A DNA stretch of 64,000 bases from Podarcis erhardii (taxonomy: Eukaryota). Shown piece after piece: positions 49,911 through 61,600 of this stretch (positions within the stretch are counted from its first letter, which is position 1; the number at the start of each line of letters is the position of its first letter). Position numbers and translations under genes: made by a program. Under the pieces are notes generated by a model. It was given only the letters and a program-made list of their open reading frames with translations. It was not told the DNA's origin and ran no database searches. The stretch lies in assembly GCA_964252035.1 (NCBI GenBank), contig OZ176202.1; one strand, given 5' to 3'.

Positions 49911-52900
49911 GTAAGTACAGTATAATGTGCTCCATTTCCCCATCCCACTGTAGTATACACATCTCCCCCAAGCTTTCAATTTCAACTTATTAATGGGTCA
50001 AACCTATGTAAATAAACACACTGATCCAGGAAGCATAGTTCCACAATCTGAGTTCACTTTACAAATGACTTCCATCTAATATCCATTGACCAGGAAGATG
50101 TGCTTGCCAAAAGAGAGTTACTGACAGGTTGCTGGGGAATGGCCATGTCTCCAGGTAGGGCTGGGAGAGACCCCAGTCTGAAATTGTGGAAAGCTGCTGC
50201 CAGTTAGTGGAGACAATCCTGGGCTAGATGAATGAGTGGTTTGATTCAGCATAAAGCACCTTCTGATGTTCCCAGGTTTCTGAAAAATGTGTATCCTGCA
50301 TCTGGTTCCTGATATTAGATCAGGTATCCAGCCGATGGGGACTGAATATGCTACAACAGGTGATCTGACTGGTGTAGATCAGCATAAAACAACTTGGATG
50401 GAGATGTATCTTCTTATCCATCTTGCAGCGTTCCCCTGGGTTGCTATGCATATTTGTGTGTATTACTACACCTTTCAGTATAAGCAGAGTAAAAGCCATC
50501 TGTCAACCTACAGGCACAACTAAAACATTAATTACTGTAATTATCACCTGACACAGCTCTTCCTGAACAGTTGCTGCTACCTAGAATAGACAAGGGCCTA
50601 ATTCACAAGTCTTTGGATTTATCTACGAACATTATAATACTGGCTGTTTCGTTTTCAGTCCTTATTATCTCCAGCGTAGAATAGGCATTTTTTTCCACTG
50701 CCAGTTCTGTGAGTTGTAATTTAAATAAATGCTTGTTAAGTGTTTTGGCAATCTAATCCAAATCAACCACCTTATTTTTAACATAATGCTCCTTTTTATC
50801 CTCATAATTGTAAGACACCTACTTTTTACAGGAAGTGCTCCTGCCTTTTATAGCTAGCTTCCTTGAGCCTTCTCATTAACCATATTGGCATCCTCTTGAA
50901 TTCATTTGTATGTTTTCTTACCTGTGGAACACATTTTACCTTTCATTCTATTAGAGAGAATTCAAGGCTGCAGGAAATTATTTAATATTTGATCCTCCCC
51001 TTTAATTAATACTGTCGTTTTTAGGAAGTGCAACATTGCAACATTTTCTGCTATGCTGGTGCAAATGAAAATCAGCGGAGCTACATGGGGAGACACTATT
51101 AATGCAAAAATTTTGCCATGTGGCGTAGCCTCTTTGCAGCTGTGTTTCAAGTGATTGCTTGCAAGAATGAATAAATGATGGGCCACATGTTACAGATTTA
51201 TGTACCCTCTTCTACCGGAAAATACATGAGGCAGATTATACATGTTTATTTCACTATGGAAAAACAATTCGGCTATGAAAACACATCGTAGCATGCTGGT
51301 GCTAAGCATGGGTCCCTGCAGTAAAGTTTCTCTATGTTCACATGATGTAATAAATACCAGCTTCCTAGGTTACCAGATTCAGATTGCCTAACTATTATAA
51401 TGGTAACTTATGCAGTGGTCCACTGATCTGAAGTAGTAATCTTAATTGTCTCATTCAACATAGTATGTTTGTTATTGTTAAGTGGAAGAGGAAGAACAGG
51501 TCTAGTGGAAACCACCAGTGTCTGAGAAACCTTTAAAAGATGACAATATGTTGCTTCTTCTTTATAGCTGCCTTAATTTAATTTTCAAGCCATAGTTGAG
51601 CATAGTCGACACTTATCCTTGCTGAGGGATTTTGCATCTTGTACTGCAACACTGCTAGAGATATAGAAAACTTGGAACAGTTGGAGGCTGGGCCCGCATT
51701 AGGGCAGACTGCAGGGATTAGTGGTAATAGCAACTGTCAGCCAAGAGGTTCTAATCTAATGTGAGACTGTAAATTGCTGGGTGACCTCATGAAAGTCTCT
51801 TGCCCTTGTGGAGGCTTGGTTAACTCTTTAAGGATAAAAACGGGGATCAACTGAAACAAAATAGAACTTGACTGAAAACCAGATGTTGCCTTTTGAGCTC
51901 AGCTTCCCTGTGAGTACTTACCAGAATAACATGCTGGAGAAATATGATGACTGCAGTGCTTCAAAGTCTTCACATGGATCTATTCAGGAGCTTACAATTT
52001 TATCTCAGATGAAACCATTTGTGACATAGACTGCTTGCATCTTGACACTTAGCTTGCAAGAAACAACCATCAAAGGCAGGTAGCAGCTCTGGCGCACACC
52101 AAAAAGACACTGACTGGCCTAGCCAGAAAGGGATGGTGAGCAGCTGAAGAAATGACTTGTGCTTGTATCTGGATACTAAGAGGTTGCATTTAGCTGTAAT
52201 GGCAATAGATCTAGTTTATTGGGGGGGGGGGGGTGATTTAAACCATAATTTTTCCACCGCTGCCTTCTCTCATTACAACCTCTTGTTTTAATGCATATGT
52301 TGTGTAACATAATACTTCCTTTCTGTCCCTTTTGAACCTGCTGTCAATCATTTTCACCCAATTGCCTACATCAGTGGTTCCCAACTGGTGGTCCACAGAC
52401 CCCAGGGGGTCTGTGACACCATTCACAAAGCAAAAACTACCATAGAGGTATCAGTTTTCAAAAGTAGGGGGCTTAGTTTTTTAAAAACAGGAGGTTCGCA
52501 ATACTTAGCTAATTGTGAACTACTGGCCTACAGCATTTACTCTGCTTTTGATCATAGCCAGTCACCTTACTGAAAAAACAACCACACACCAGAACCTTTT
52601 ATTTGATCTTCAGCTGTAATCCACAGACCACTTCAGAAAAAGAACAATATCAGATCCGTTGGCCTTTTCAGCAGTAGGGCATGCAGGGGGTAGCAGAGGC
52701 TTACTATGGCTTACAGCTGCCATAAATGCCTGCATCTCATCAGATTTGTTACATGAAACTTAAAAAAGAAATTGTCAGGGGATTGACACAGAAGCACCTC
52801 ACACTTGGCACGGGAGCTATGCAATAGAAACAATTTTGTGCACAGCTGCATATGTCTTGATGGAAATCTACCAGAAAAAAATAATGTATGTATTGAGCAT

Positions 52901-53447
52901 GAGAGTTTCTACATATTGGAAAATATACCAACCTTCATTGTCCATGATATTGTGGAGTAAAAGATTAAATGACAACAGGCACTTGGAAAGTGGCAAGAAT
53001 GTTAGGGTTAAATGAACTCATCTGCTCTCAAAATTGATTTTCATTTCCCCTCTCTTATGAATAGAAATGGGATTTCAGAACTTTTTAATATAATAAGTCA
53101 AATGTTAATCAATTCATTGTGTCTACAGCTATAATCTCCCACTGCTGACTTAAGTGGAAGACTGTCATTCATTCAAATAGACAACCTTTTGTGAGAACCT
53201 AGTTAGAAGCTGAAGGTGATCTAACATTTCATGCATAAAGGAAAATAGAAAAACTAGGGGTGATAGAAAACCATTGTTTCATGTGAAAAATTTCAATTCC
53301 TCACATCCAGCCTTTGCTTTTGTGGGTTATAACACTTGACTTTCTGAATGTTTACATTTTATGTTGTTGGGCTTTGTAGAAATATCCAATTGCCAGTCTA
53401 TTTGTCTTTTAGAACTATCTGGGTTTTTTATTTTTATTTTTAAACAG

Positions 53448-53570
53448 AATCAAGGAATTATTGGGAAAATCTCAGGTGAAGAAGCAAATAATAGCTTTGC
53501 TTATTACAAGCAGCAGAAGTGTCATGGAAGTGTCAGATCCGTTATAATCCAGCTGCATGAAGCCGTACAG
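53448..53570 (+). CDS. KIF25: KIF25 exon 3 NQGIIGKISGEE...QLHEAVQ
   Basis: T-rich tract + acAG acceptor, CAG|GTAAAA donor; 123 nt open, phase 0/0. Confidence 0.75.
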
Positions 53571-53605
53571 GTAAAAGCACTAGCCCTAGCCCTACTTACA
53601 AGCAA

Positions 53606-53884
53606 GCTTGTTTTCTGCTGCTCCAGAGGGTAGGACCCAAACCAATGCATTCAAATTACAAGAAAGGAGGTTCTGACTAAACATCAGGAAGAACTTTCTG
53701 GCAGTAGGAACTGTTCAACAGTGGAATGGACTTCCTCCGGAGGTGATGGACTCTCCTTCCTTGGAGGTTTTTAAGCAGAATTTGGATGGCCATCTGTCAT
53801 GGATGCTTTAGTTGAGGTTCCTACATTGCAAGGGGGTTGAGCTAGATGACCCCCAGTGTCTCTTCCAACTCAACAATTCTATTC
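53606..53884 (+). mobile_element. CR1 LINE 3' end
   Basis: aacatcaggaagaactttct...ggaggtttttaagcag...ttccaactc..attctat terminus. Confidence 0.9.
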
Positions 53885-54594
53885 CACCTGGGAGTAAGCC
53901 CCATGGAATTCAATAGAACTTACCTTCTGAGTACACATACAAATGCTCCACCATCAGAATTTGAAAGACTGTACGCAGAGAATTTTTAAAATGTAACTTG
54001 ACCTTTAGGAGCCTCTTATTATTTTGTTGTTTTTCTTCTTTTCTAAAGGTCTTGGGTTTGGGCGCAGGTGATTTAATTGATTGATTAGACAGTTTCATAC
54101 CACAAAGCAGTTTACATGAAACATCAGTAAATTATTATTTAATTTGAACGTTGACTAAAATGGGTCCAGATAATTCTGCTGAAAGAAGCCCAGTATAAAT
54201 AGTCCCCAGTGGGAAATCATATTGCTTGTGAAACACCTGGACGGAGGATGCGTTACAGTTATAATAAATAATACATGCCCCCACAGCTTACCTTGGGAAT
54301 AGTTGGCATGCAGTTCCAATATATACTCACACTGGGAATCCTAGTGCAGTGATATTTTGTGAAAGGTCGTATAAATCCTGTCTGAGTTAGTAGAAATTAA
54401 ATTAGTGTAGAACTGCAGCCATAGGGAGGAATTAAAAGTTGCACCAAGGTAAGTGTTCTGTCAGTGCAGGAATTTCAGCTTGCCAGACAGAATGATCTCC
54501 TCTCTCCTCTCCATGTGCTGTTCTGGGGGCTCTCCCACCCCATTCCTGTCTGAACCTCCTGGCCAGATCCAGTTCCCAATCCCTGCAATAAGGG

Positions 54595-54641
<47 letters not shown>
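54595..54641. repeat. (GATA)~12 microsatellite
   Basis: Direct reading. Confidence 0.95.
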
Positions 54642-55060
54642 GAAGCTGCTCCTTTGCTTTTTCTCCCCCAATATCCTAAAGAGTGTTCATAGGGAGGTTG
54701 ATGGTGCTGTGGTCTAAACCACTGAGCCTCTTGGGCTTGCTGATCAGAAAGTTGGCGGTTTGAATCCCCACAATGGAGTGAGCTCCTGTTGCTCTGTCCC
54801 AGCTCCTGCCAACCTAGCAGTTCGAAAGCACACCAGTGCAAGTAGATAAATAGGTACCACAGCAACGGGAAGGTAAACCGCGTTTATGTGTGCTCTGGCT
54901 TCCATCATGGTGTTTCGTTGTGCCAGAAGCGGTTTAGTCATGCTGGTCACAAGACCTGGAAAGCTATCTGTGGACAAATGCCAGCTCCCTCGGCCTGAAA
55001 GCGAGATGAGCACCACAACTCCATAGTCGCCTTTGACTGGACTTAACCATCCAGGGATCC

Positions 55061-55297
55061 AGTTACAGATAGGTAGCCGTGTTGGTCTGCCATGGTCAAA
55101 ACAAAATAAAAAAAATCCTTCCAGTAGCACCTTAAAGACCAACTGAGTTAGTTCTAGGTATGAGCTTTCGTGTGCATGCACACTTCTTCAGATACACGTG
55201 TATCTGAAGAAGTGTGCATGCACACGAAAGCTCATACCTAGAACTAACTCAGTTGGTCTTTAAGGTGCTACTGGAAGGATTTTTTTTATTTTGTTTT
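55061..55297. mobile_element. Penelope-like element 3' end, as an antisense copy plus a 100-bp inverted copy (perfect 200-bp palindrome 55098-55297)
   Basis: 13-bp TSD catccagggatcc (55048-55060/55298-55310); arms checked base by base; hammerhead core typical of PLE pseudo-LTRs. Confidence 0.8.
55200..55237 (+). ncRNA. Minimal type I hammerhead ribozyme motif (mirror copy on - at 55158-55195)
   Basis: Stem I GTAT/ATAC; CTGAAGA core 55204-55210; extra A; stem II GTGTGC-AT-GCACAC; GAAA 55226-55229; palindromic stem III AGCT; predicted cleavage after C55233. Confidence 0.75.
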
Positions 55298-55358
55298 CAT
55301 CCAGGGATCCTTTACCTTACCTTTATCTTAAATATTGTTCTTTCTGTTTCTTAAATAG

Positions 55359-55497
55359 AAACTAAAGCAAGAAGTGAAGAATCTCCGTTTGTCTGCCCTC
55401 ACATTCTCCAGAGATGTCCAGCATCACGGCAAAACCTACCTTGGTCAGATTTTGGCTGCTGTCCAAAGGCTTCAGATGCATAATGAGGCTATGCAAA
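55359..55497 (+). CDS. KIF25: KIF25 exon 4 KLKQEVKNLRLSALTFSRDVQ...HNEAMQ(T)
   Basis: aatAG acceptor, A|GTAAGA donor; 139 nt open, phase 0 to 1; coiled-coil character. Confidence 0.8.
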
Positions 55498-55794
55498 GTA
55501 AGAGATGAGCACCAGTGAAAGCTTATCAGGCTGGCATCTAAGGCGCTTGAACCATATGAGCAGTGCCACCGTTGGTATCAGCTCACAGAATTTGCAGTGA
55601 AGGTTCTGGCTTTGGGTTGAGGGGCAACTTTTTACCGCTGCCAGGACTTTACACGAAGCAGGTGTACTGCACCAAGAGCATACTGCATCTCTGGTCCACT
55701 CAAGAGTGGATGGGTTGTCTTCCTGTCCCCTTAGAATAAGAGTTACAGGGGTCAGGCAAAAGCACCTAGCCATAACTGAAGGTAGTGATAAGGT

Positions 55795-57360
55795 TAAAGC
55801 TTACTGGAAAATGATATATAATGAAATGAAAAGGATGTTTAAAATAACCTTTGTAAAAAACCCAGAAACTTTTCTTTTGGGAATTATAGGGAAAGAACTT
55901 CCTAAAATATATAGAAACTTATTAATGTATGCTACTACAGCGGCAAGAATGTTACTTGCCCCAAAATGGAAAGAGGCAGAAGTCCCAGCAAAGGAAGAAT
56001 GGATACAAAAACTTACGGAATATGCAGAAATGGCAAATCTCAGCGGAAGAAATGGTTTGTTGAATATTTACAGATAAATTATAAACAGATAAAAACATAG
56101 GCAGGATTATTATAATAACCTGCAGTTTCATAAGAGTATATATTTAAAGAAGATGAATAAATGAGCAAATTACCGTATTTTTCGCCCCATAGGACGCACT
56201 TTTTCCCCTCCAAAAATGAAGGGGAAATCTGGGTGCGTCCTATGGGGCGAATGCAGGCTTTCGCTGAAGCTTGGAGAGCGAGAGGGGTCGGTGTGCACCG
56301 ACCCCTCTCGCTCTCCAGGCATCAGGAAGACATCCATAGCCTAGGCAGCCCTGAAAGCAGAGCGCCCGGCACTTCGGGAGCACATCCACAGCCTGGGCAG
56401 CCCTGCAGGAGGTCCGGCAGGGCTGTCTAGGCTGCGGATAGCAGCCTGCTTCCCGGAGCGTCGGGCGCCCTGAAAGCAGAGCGCCCGGCGCTTCGGGAGC
56501 ACATCCGCAGCCTGGGCGGCCTTGCAGGAGGTCCGGCAGGGCTGTCTAGGCTGCGGATAGCAGCCTGCTTCCCTGGAGCGTCGGGCGCCCTGAAAGCAGA
56601 GCACCCGGCGCTTAGGGAGCGCATCCGCAGCCTGGGCAGCCCTGTGGGAGTTCTCCGCAGGGCTCCCCATGCTGCGGATAGCAGCCTGCCGCCCCGCGCG
56701 CCAGACAGACATCCGCAGCGTGGGGAGCCCTGCAGGAGTTCCCCGCAGGGTTCCCCACACTGCGGATAGCAGCCTGCCGCCCGGCGGGCGGGAGGGGCGC
56801 CCTGAAGCAGAGCGCCCCGTGCGCCGGGCAGACATCCGCAGCGTGGGGAGCCCTGCAGGAGTTCCCCGCAGGGCTCCCCACGCTGCGGATAGCAGCCTGC
56901 CGCCCCGCGCGCCAGACAGACATCCGCAGCGTGGGGAGCCCTGCAGGAGTTCCCCGCAGGGTTCCCCACACTGCGGATAGCAGCCTGCCGCCTGAGGCAG
57001 ACATCGGCCAGCCCCACAAGCTTGGGGGACAGCAGGGAGGCGCAGCATCATTCCTCGACCTGGTTCAGTTTCCCCGACCTGCTTTTGGGGGGGAAATAAA
57101 GGAAAAATTATTTTCCTTTATTTCCCCCCAAAAAAACTAGGCGCGTCCTATGGGACGGAGCGTCCTATGGGACGAAAAATACGGTAAGTTAATTTGGATA
57201 TGTAGAAGATATTAAAAACAAATTTAAGGAACCGCAGAAAGGGGGAAGGAAGTCAGGTTTTGAAATGCCAAAATGATTGTAAAATTAGTGAAATGTGTAA
57301 AATTAATGAAATGTATAAACTTGAAAAGTATAAATTAAAAAATTAATTTATTTTTTAAAA
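55795..57360 (+). mobile_element. 5'-truncated L1-clade LINE (ORF2 C-terminus + 3'UTR) split by a MITE
   Basis: KAYWKMIY...PETFLLGI...AARMLLAPKWK...P...W (ORF2 C-terminal region); 18-bp TSD tgaaggtagtgataaggt/tgaaagtagtgatgaggt (55777-55794/57361-57378). Confidence 0.8.
56173..57184. mobile_element. Non-autonomous Tc1/mariner (Tc2-type TIR) element, 1012 bp, with internal GC-rich hairpin array
   Basis: TA|ccgtatttttcgccccataggacgc...gcgtcctatgggacgaaaaatacgg|TA; 25-bp TIR with 1 mismatch. Confidence 0.88.
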
Positions 57361-57852
57361 TGAAAGTAGTGATGAGGTGGAGCATGTTTCTATGGAAACT
57401 GGACAATGGGCCAGGTCTGGGCATCCTGTGTTTTTTTAAATGATGCTGGAGAATGCTGTCTATGGCTGCCAGCCACAATGCCAATGGTCTTCCTTCACTG
57501 TCAGAGGCAGTAGGCCTCTGAAAACCAGTTGCACAAGTTGTCACAAGTGAGGAGAGCACTGTTGTATTCATGTCAGCTGCTGTGAGAACAGAATGCTAGC
57601 TATATGGGCCTTTTGCCGGACTGAGCAGGGCTCTTTTTATGGCCTTCCATTAGACTCAAATTCCTAATTGCACCAATCAGAATTGTCAAAAGTCTGGGAT
57701 GATGGGAGTTGTAGTCCAGCGACATGTGAAGGACCACAGCTGCCTTACCTTTAATATAAGCATTGCCCAGGTACTTCGGATGCTCTCAGGCCCATGCCTG
57801 AGGGGGAAATAGCCTAACAGTTCTGTGAACATTTGTGAAAATGTCTTTTCAG

Positions 57853-57956
57853 CCTTTCAGACCAGAGCCTTTGAACTTGAGCAGTCCTTGCATGAAGTAA
57901 ATGAGCGATACCAGAAAGAAAAACAAAGGAGAAAAGTACTTCATAACAGTTTAATT
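57853..57956 (+). CDS. KIF25: KIF25 exon 5 FQTRAFELEQSLHEVNERYQKEKQRRKVLHNSLI (kinesin-14 neck)
   Basis: tttcAG acceptor, ATT|GTAAGT donor; 104 nt, phase 1 to 0; E..RRK.LHN.L neck motif. Confidence 0.9.
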
Positions 57957-58535
57957 GTAAGTGTCCTGGTAACTGAGTCTGCAATGTCTTTTAAAAGATC
58001 TGCATAAATATGAGAGTTGCCAGTGTGCAACTTGAGATGACTTTCCAGTTCCTTTTTATCAGTTCCTGTATCTGCATAGGAGGCTGTGCTCATGGCTTCT
58101 CTTGCCTGCTCTTTCCAAGGCCTGTTGCCTTCCCTTTATTGCCAGCTGCCTCTTCAAACTGTGGGGCTGTTTAAGGAAACGGTTGGGTTGTCTGAATTGC
58201 AACCTTTTAAAATATTTATTGACTTTATGTGCTGTGTAAGAACATTTACTTTCCTTAGTGCATCAGTCAGATTACAGTGGCTAAAAAAAAATGGGGAAAG
58301 AATGGCAGATTAAGGAGATTAAGACCATCATCTTTCATCAAAATCCTGGTCTGGGGTAAAACCAACTTGGACACTTTTTCACTCTCTGTGGTAATTTAAT
58401 GAGGCAGAGCTTCAATAGTCATGAGGCAGGATAGCAACACCACAACTTTCTGTATTTTCTTACCGCATCTGAGTCACACCATTTCGTTCACGAGTTTTTA
58501 AAACTGCTGACTATGTTTCTGCGTTGCATCCTCAG

Positions 58536-58624
58536 GAACTAAGGGGAAATATCAGAGTCCATTGCAGGATCCGCCCACTGTTACCATTTGATACACCTCC
58601 TGGAGAGTCAGACTTAAAAGACAG
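58536..58624 (+). CDS. KIF25: KIF25 exon 6 ELRGNIRVHCRIRPLLPFDTPPGESDLKD(R) (motor domain start)
   Basis: ctcAG acceptor, AG|GTAATT donor; ELRGNIRV.CR.RP is the C-terminal-motor kinesin signature; gene identity from AFDN-KIF25 synteny. Confidence 0.9.
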
Positions 58625-61600
58625 GTAATTTATTTCATGAATATAGTTATGTTAACTGACACTCGGATGTCTTTCCGGCGCCAGGAAAAGACCTTTTTAT
58701 TTTCCTAGGCTTTTAAACTTTTGTTGGTCTGTTTTATTTGGGTGTTGCTTTTATAGAGTTGCTGTTTTTGGCTGAATTTATGGGTGTTAGATATTTATTG
58801 TAAGCCACGCAGATAATGTGTTTGAAAGCTTGGGTACAAATCTGAATCATAAACAGTCTAATTGTTCTTCTATTTGAAAATGTTGGTTAGATTCTGCATT
58901 TTTACATACTTTGGAAGACATTTCCACTTTACAAGTAGAATCTGCAACAAACTTGCATTTTATCCTCACACCCTAACAGGAATGTTCCTGTTAAGAATTC
59001 CAGCCAGTCAGATGTGTTCTCCTCCAAGGCAGTAGTGGGATCAAGCAAGCCAGTTTACTCCTCTGTCTCCCTGTTGTCCATTTTTCCTCAACCAACATTA
59101 AACATTTTTTAGCTCTTGCAAGCCATTGAGCACGATGAACCCTCTTTTGGCTGAGGAGGTTTTTGGGGGGGTGGAGGGGGAGGTTGTCATGTCCCTTTTG
59201 GTTTTTAAAAATGTTTTGTATTTTTCTGTGCTCATGGGCTCATCCAGGCATGTTAATAGTTCCCTCTTGCTTCTCCAATTCTGTAGGCACTCAACCATCT
59301 GAATTCTCTGTTAGAGGAAATTAGGGTGATTTTTACTCATGTCTCCTTTTATAGCCTTCCAGCTTCTTAGATCTGAAGGATTCTGACATCACCATTGTCG
59401 GGTTCAGATTACAGGAGGTAACAACGTGTTTGGGCTCTGACACGCAAGCCCTGCCCCCAGCATCCCCATACATGTGGCCCTCCCCACTCCACCCCCAACC
59501 TTCCTCAGGCTGAACAAGGAAGAGCTGCAAGAGGGCTTTTATTTGCCTTTCCTTGGAATGTCTTGCATGACTGGGGACCCTGTTTCATGCCCCTGTCTCC
59601 ATTCATTGATTCAACGTTTTGTCTTTATCTTCTAATTAGCTTTCACGAAGGTGGAAGCGCCTCTGAAACATCCTTTTGTATCCTCTGAGCTTGGCAGATC
59701 TTGTGCATAACTCAGTATGGAAGATGCTGTGAGGGCAGAAAAGAAAGCTGAGATGCTTTCTGCCTGGCTTCCTCGCATAATCCTCCCCGTACTCCAGGCT
59801 TGGTGGGGCCCCAGGAAACTATTTGGGGGGCTGAACAAAGCCCTTTCCAGACTGCTAGCTATCTTTTTTCCTTTAAAGAAAGTAATGGGACTTTTCTCCC
59901 CAATGAATCTGTGAGTACACTATCAATACAGACAATGAAAGATGGAGCCACAAAAGTGATATTGAAAGTAAGCAATTCCCCTTCCTTATTGGCTCTTCCA
60001 GGTGACCTGCTTGTTGAGCATGTATCCTGATGTTCATGAAAGCTACATCATAACTGGTCTTTTGTTCTGATTTGTTTATCGTCTGGTTAGATGACAGTGA
60101 TCAATCATCCCGCATTCATCCTGATTTCCTTACAGGGTGCTTATACATCTTCCCATTAATCATGTCTTCCTTTCACACACTTTAATGCACATCCTTGTCA
60201 CTTTGCAAACTGCAAGAAGTCCCATTCTTTTCGAAAGTGGATCTCTTGGGTGACAGAGCACTTTAATATACTTTAATTGTGCAAACTTGAATCCCTTCTG
60301 CAAAACATTGACAGTCTGGAGGCACCCAGAATGACTATATTGAGTGTTTATGTTTTTCTTACGTTGCTCACCAACCTGTCTTGCTGTTCAGGTTCCATTA
60401 ACTCAGACACCGTTTTCCCATGTCACATCCCTCTCGAAGGCTGAAAGAACAGAAGGGATAGGCTGATGTAGCAAGCCTATACTGCCACTTTATAATCTGT
60501 TGCTTTGTAATCAACCCTGATGTAGGGAAATCAATCCCAGAAAGCCACAAGAAGTGTCTCTTTATGTTTGCTTGTATATGGGTTTAAGAAGGTTGTATTT
60601 ATTTCTGTTTGCTAAGGTTTGGGAAGGGGGGGGGGGAGGAATAAAATACTGCTGTGATTTGAAAAGCAATTACAACTAAGAGGAGAGCTGTGTAATCTAG
60701 GATTTTTATGGCTCCAAGGAACACGATTGTTTTTCTGAGGCTCTCCAAATAGTGGTACGTTTATCTGCAAAACTGCAGCACAAAGCAGAGTGGTCAGTGC
60801 TCCAGAACAGGTCTAAGCATCCTGTGTTTCTCCGCTCTCCCCATACATTTCTCAGCAAAACTTTCTTTTCTCCCAGCACTTACACAGGTAGGTCCACACA
60901 GCTACAGCTGCAAACTCACACTTCCATTTCCTTTAACGTAGTGCTCTGTTCTTCATGTTGTCCAAGTTGCTAGAGCTCACACTGTGTTATGAGCTGAGGG
61001 TGGAATTCAGTGTAGCGCTAAGGTGTATGCATGTGAGGAACGAGGTCCCTTGGCACCACAGGATTGTCCCCTCTCTTCTCCCTCTGCCACCTAAACTTGT
61101 CCTGGGCATTCCCTCACATCTTCAGGAGCAGATTTAGTGGGGAAGGATGGGGGAGAGCGGACCTTGTTTTCCATATGCAACAATTAGTTGACTCCTGCCC
61201 ATAGTTTGAGCTTGCATGTTTATTATTTTTCATTTGGAAATAGCAGCTGGGGGTGGGCATTGATCAGAATTCAGATCATAGAGGGGATAGAAGGTTTTTA
61301 AAGCCATTTTAACCCACAAACCATGGTCCTGACAAAGATCCTCCCCACTTGCTGTTTGTTTCTTTCCAGTAACTGCTCCCAACAGTAGAGGAGTTTCGTG
61401 AGCAAATTCTGAGACGGTTGCTGATGACCCAAATGGGTTGGGTAACATCTCTCTTCACATGATGGTGGCAGGAGAAAAGCATCTATACCCCACGCTTCAG
61501 CCTGAAAAGCTCTCAGGGTGGCTTGCATATCAATAAAAACAACACTGCCCTGCCCTCTGTCTAAAAAGGAAGGAAGAGGAAAACATGCATACTCCACAAC

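Larger units (their letters stand above)
54692..55323 (+). mobile_element. Older Sauria SINE interrupted near its 3' end by a Penelope-like insertion
   Basis: SINE head/body 54692-55060; tail tttaccttaccttt 55311-55323; degraded TSD tatcctaaagagtgttc/tatcttaaatattgttc. Confidence 0.85.

Noticed and set aside
52705-52750. Faint resemblance to a 5S rRNA/SINE3 head
   Set aside because: Too short and divergent to support.
56330-56995. CRISPR-like repeat-spacer appearance of the hairpin array
   Set aside because: Vertebrate intron, no cas genes, spacers are themselves repeated, and the array lies inside TA-flanked mariner TIRs.
56341-57051. Overlapping 103-236 aa ORFs on both strands
   Set aside because: Artefacts of a GC-rich tandem repeat lacking stops; the peptides are repetitive.
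59640-59910. Plus-strand exon-like segment in KIF25 intron 6 (ttctaattAG ... TCT|GTGAGT)
   Set aside because: All three frames contain stops and it breaks phase between exons 6 and 7; not supportable as coding, and a poison-exon role has no further evidence.
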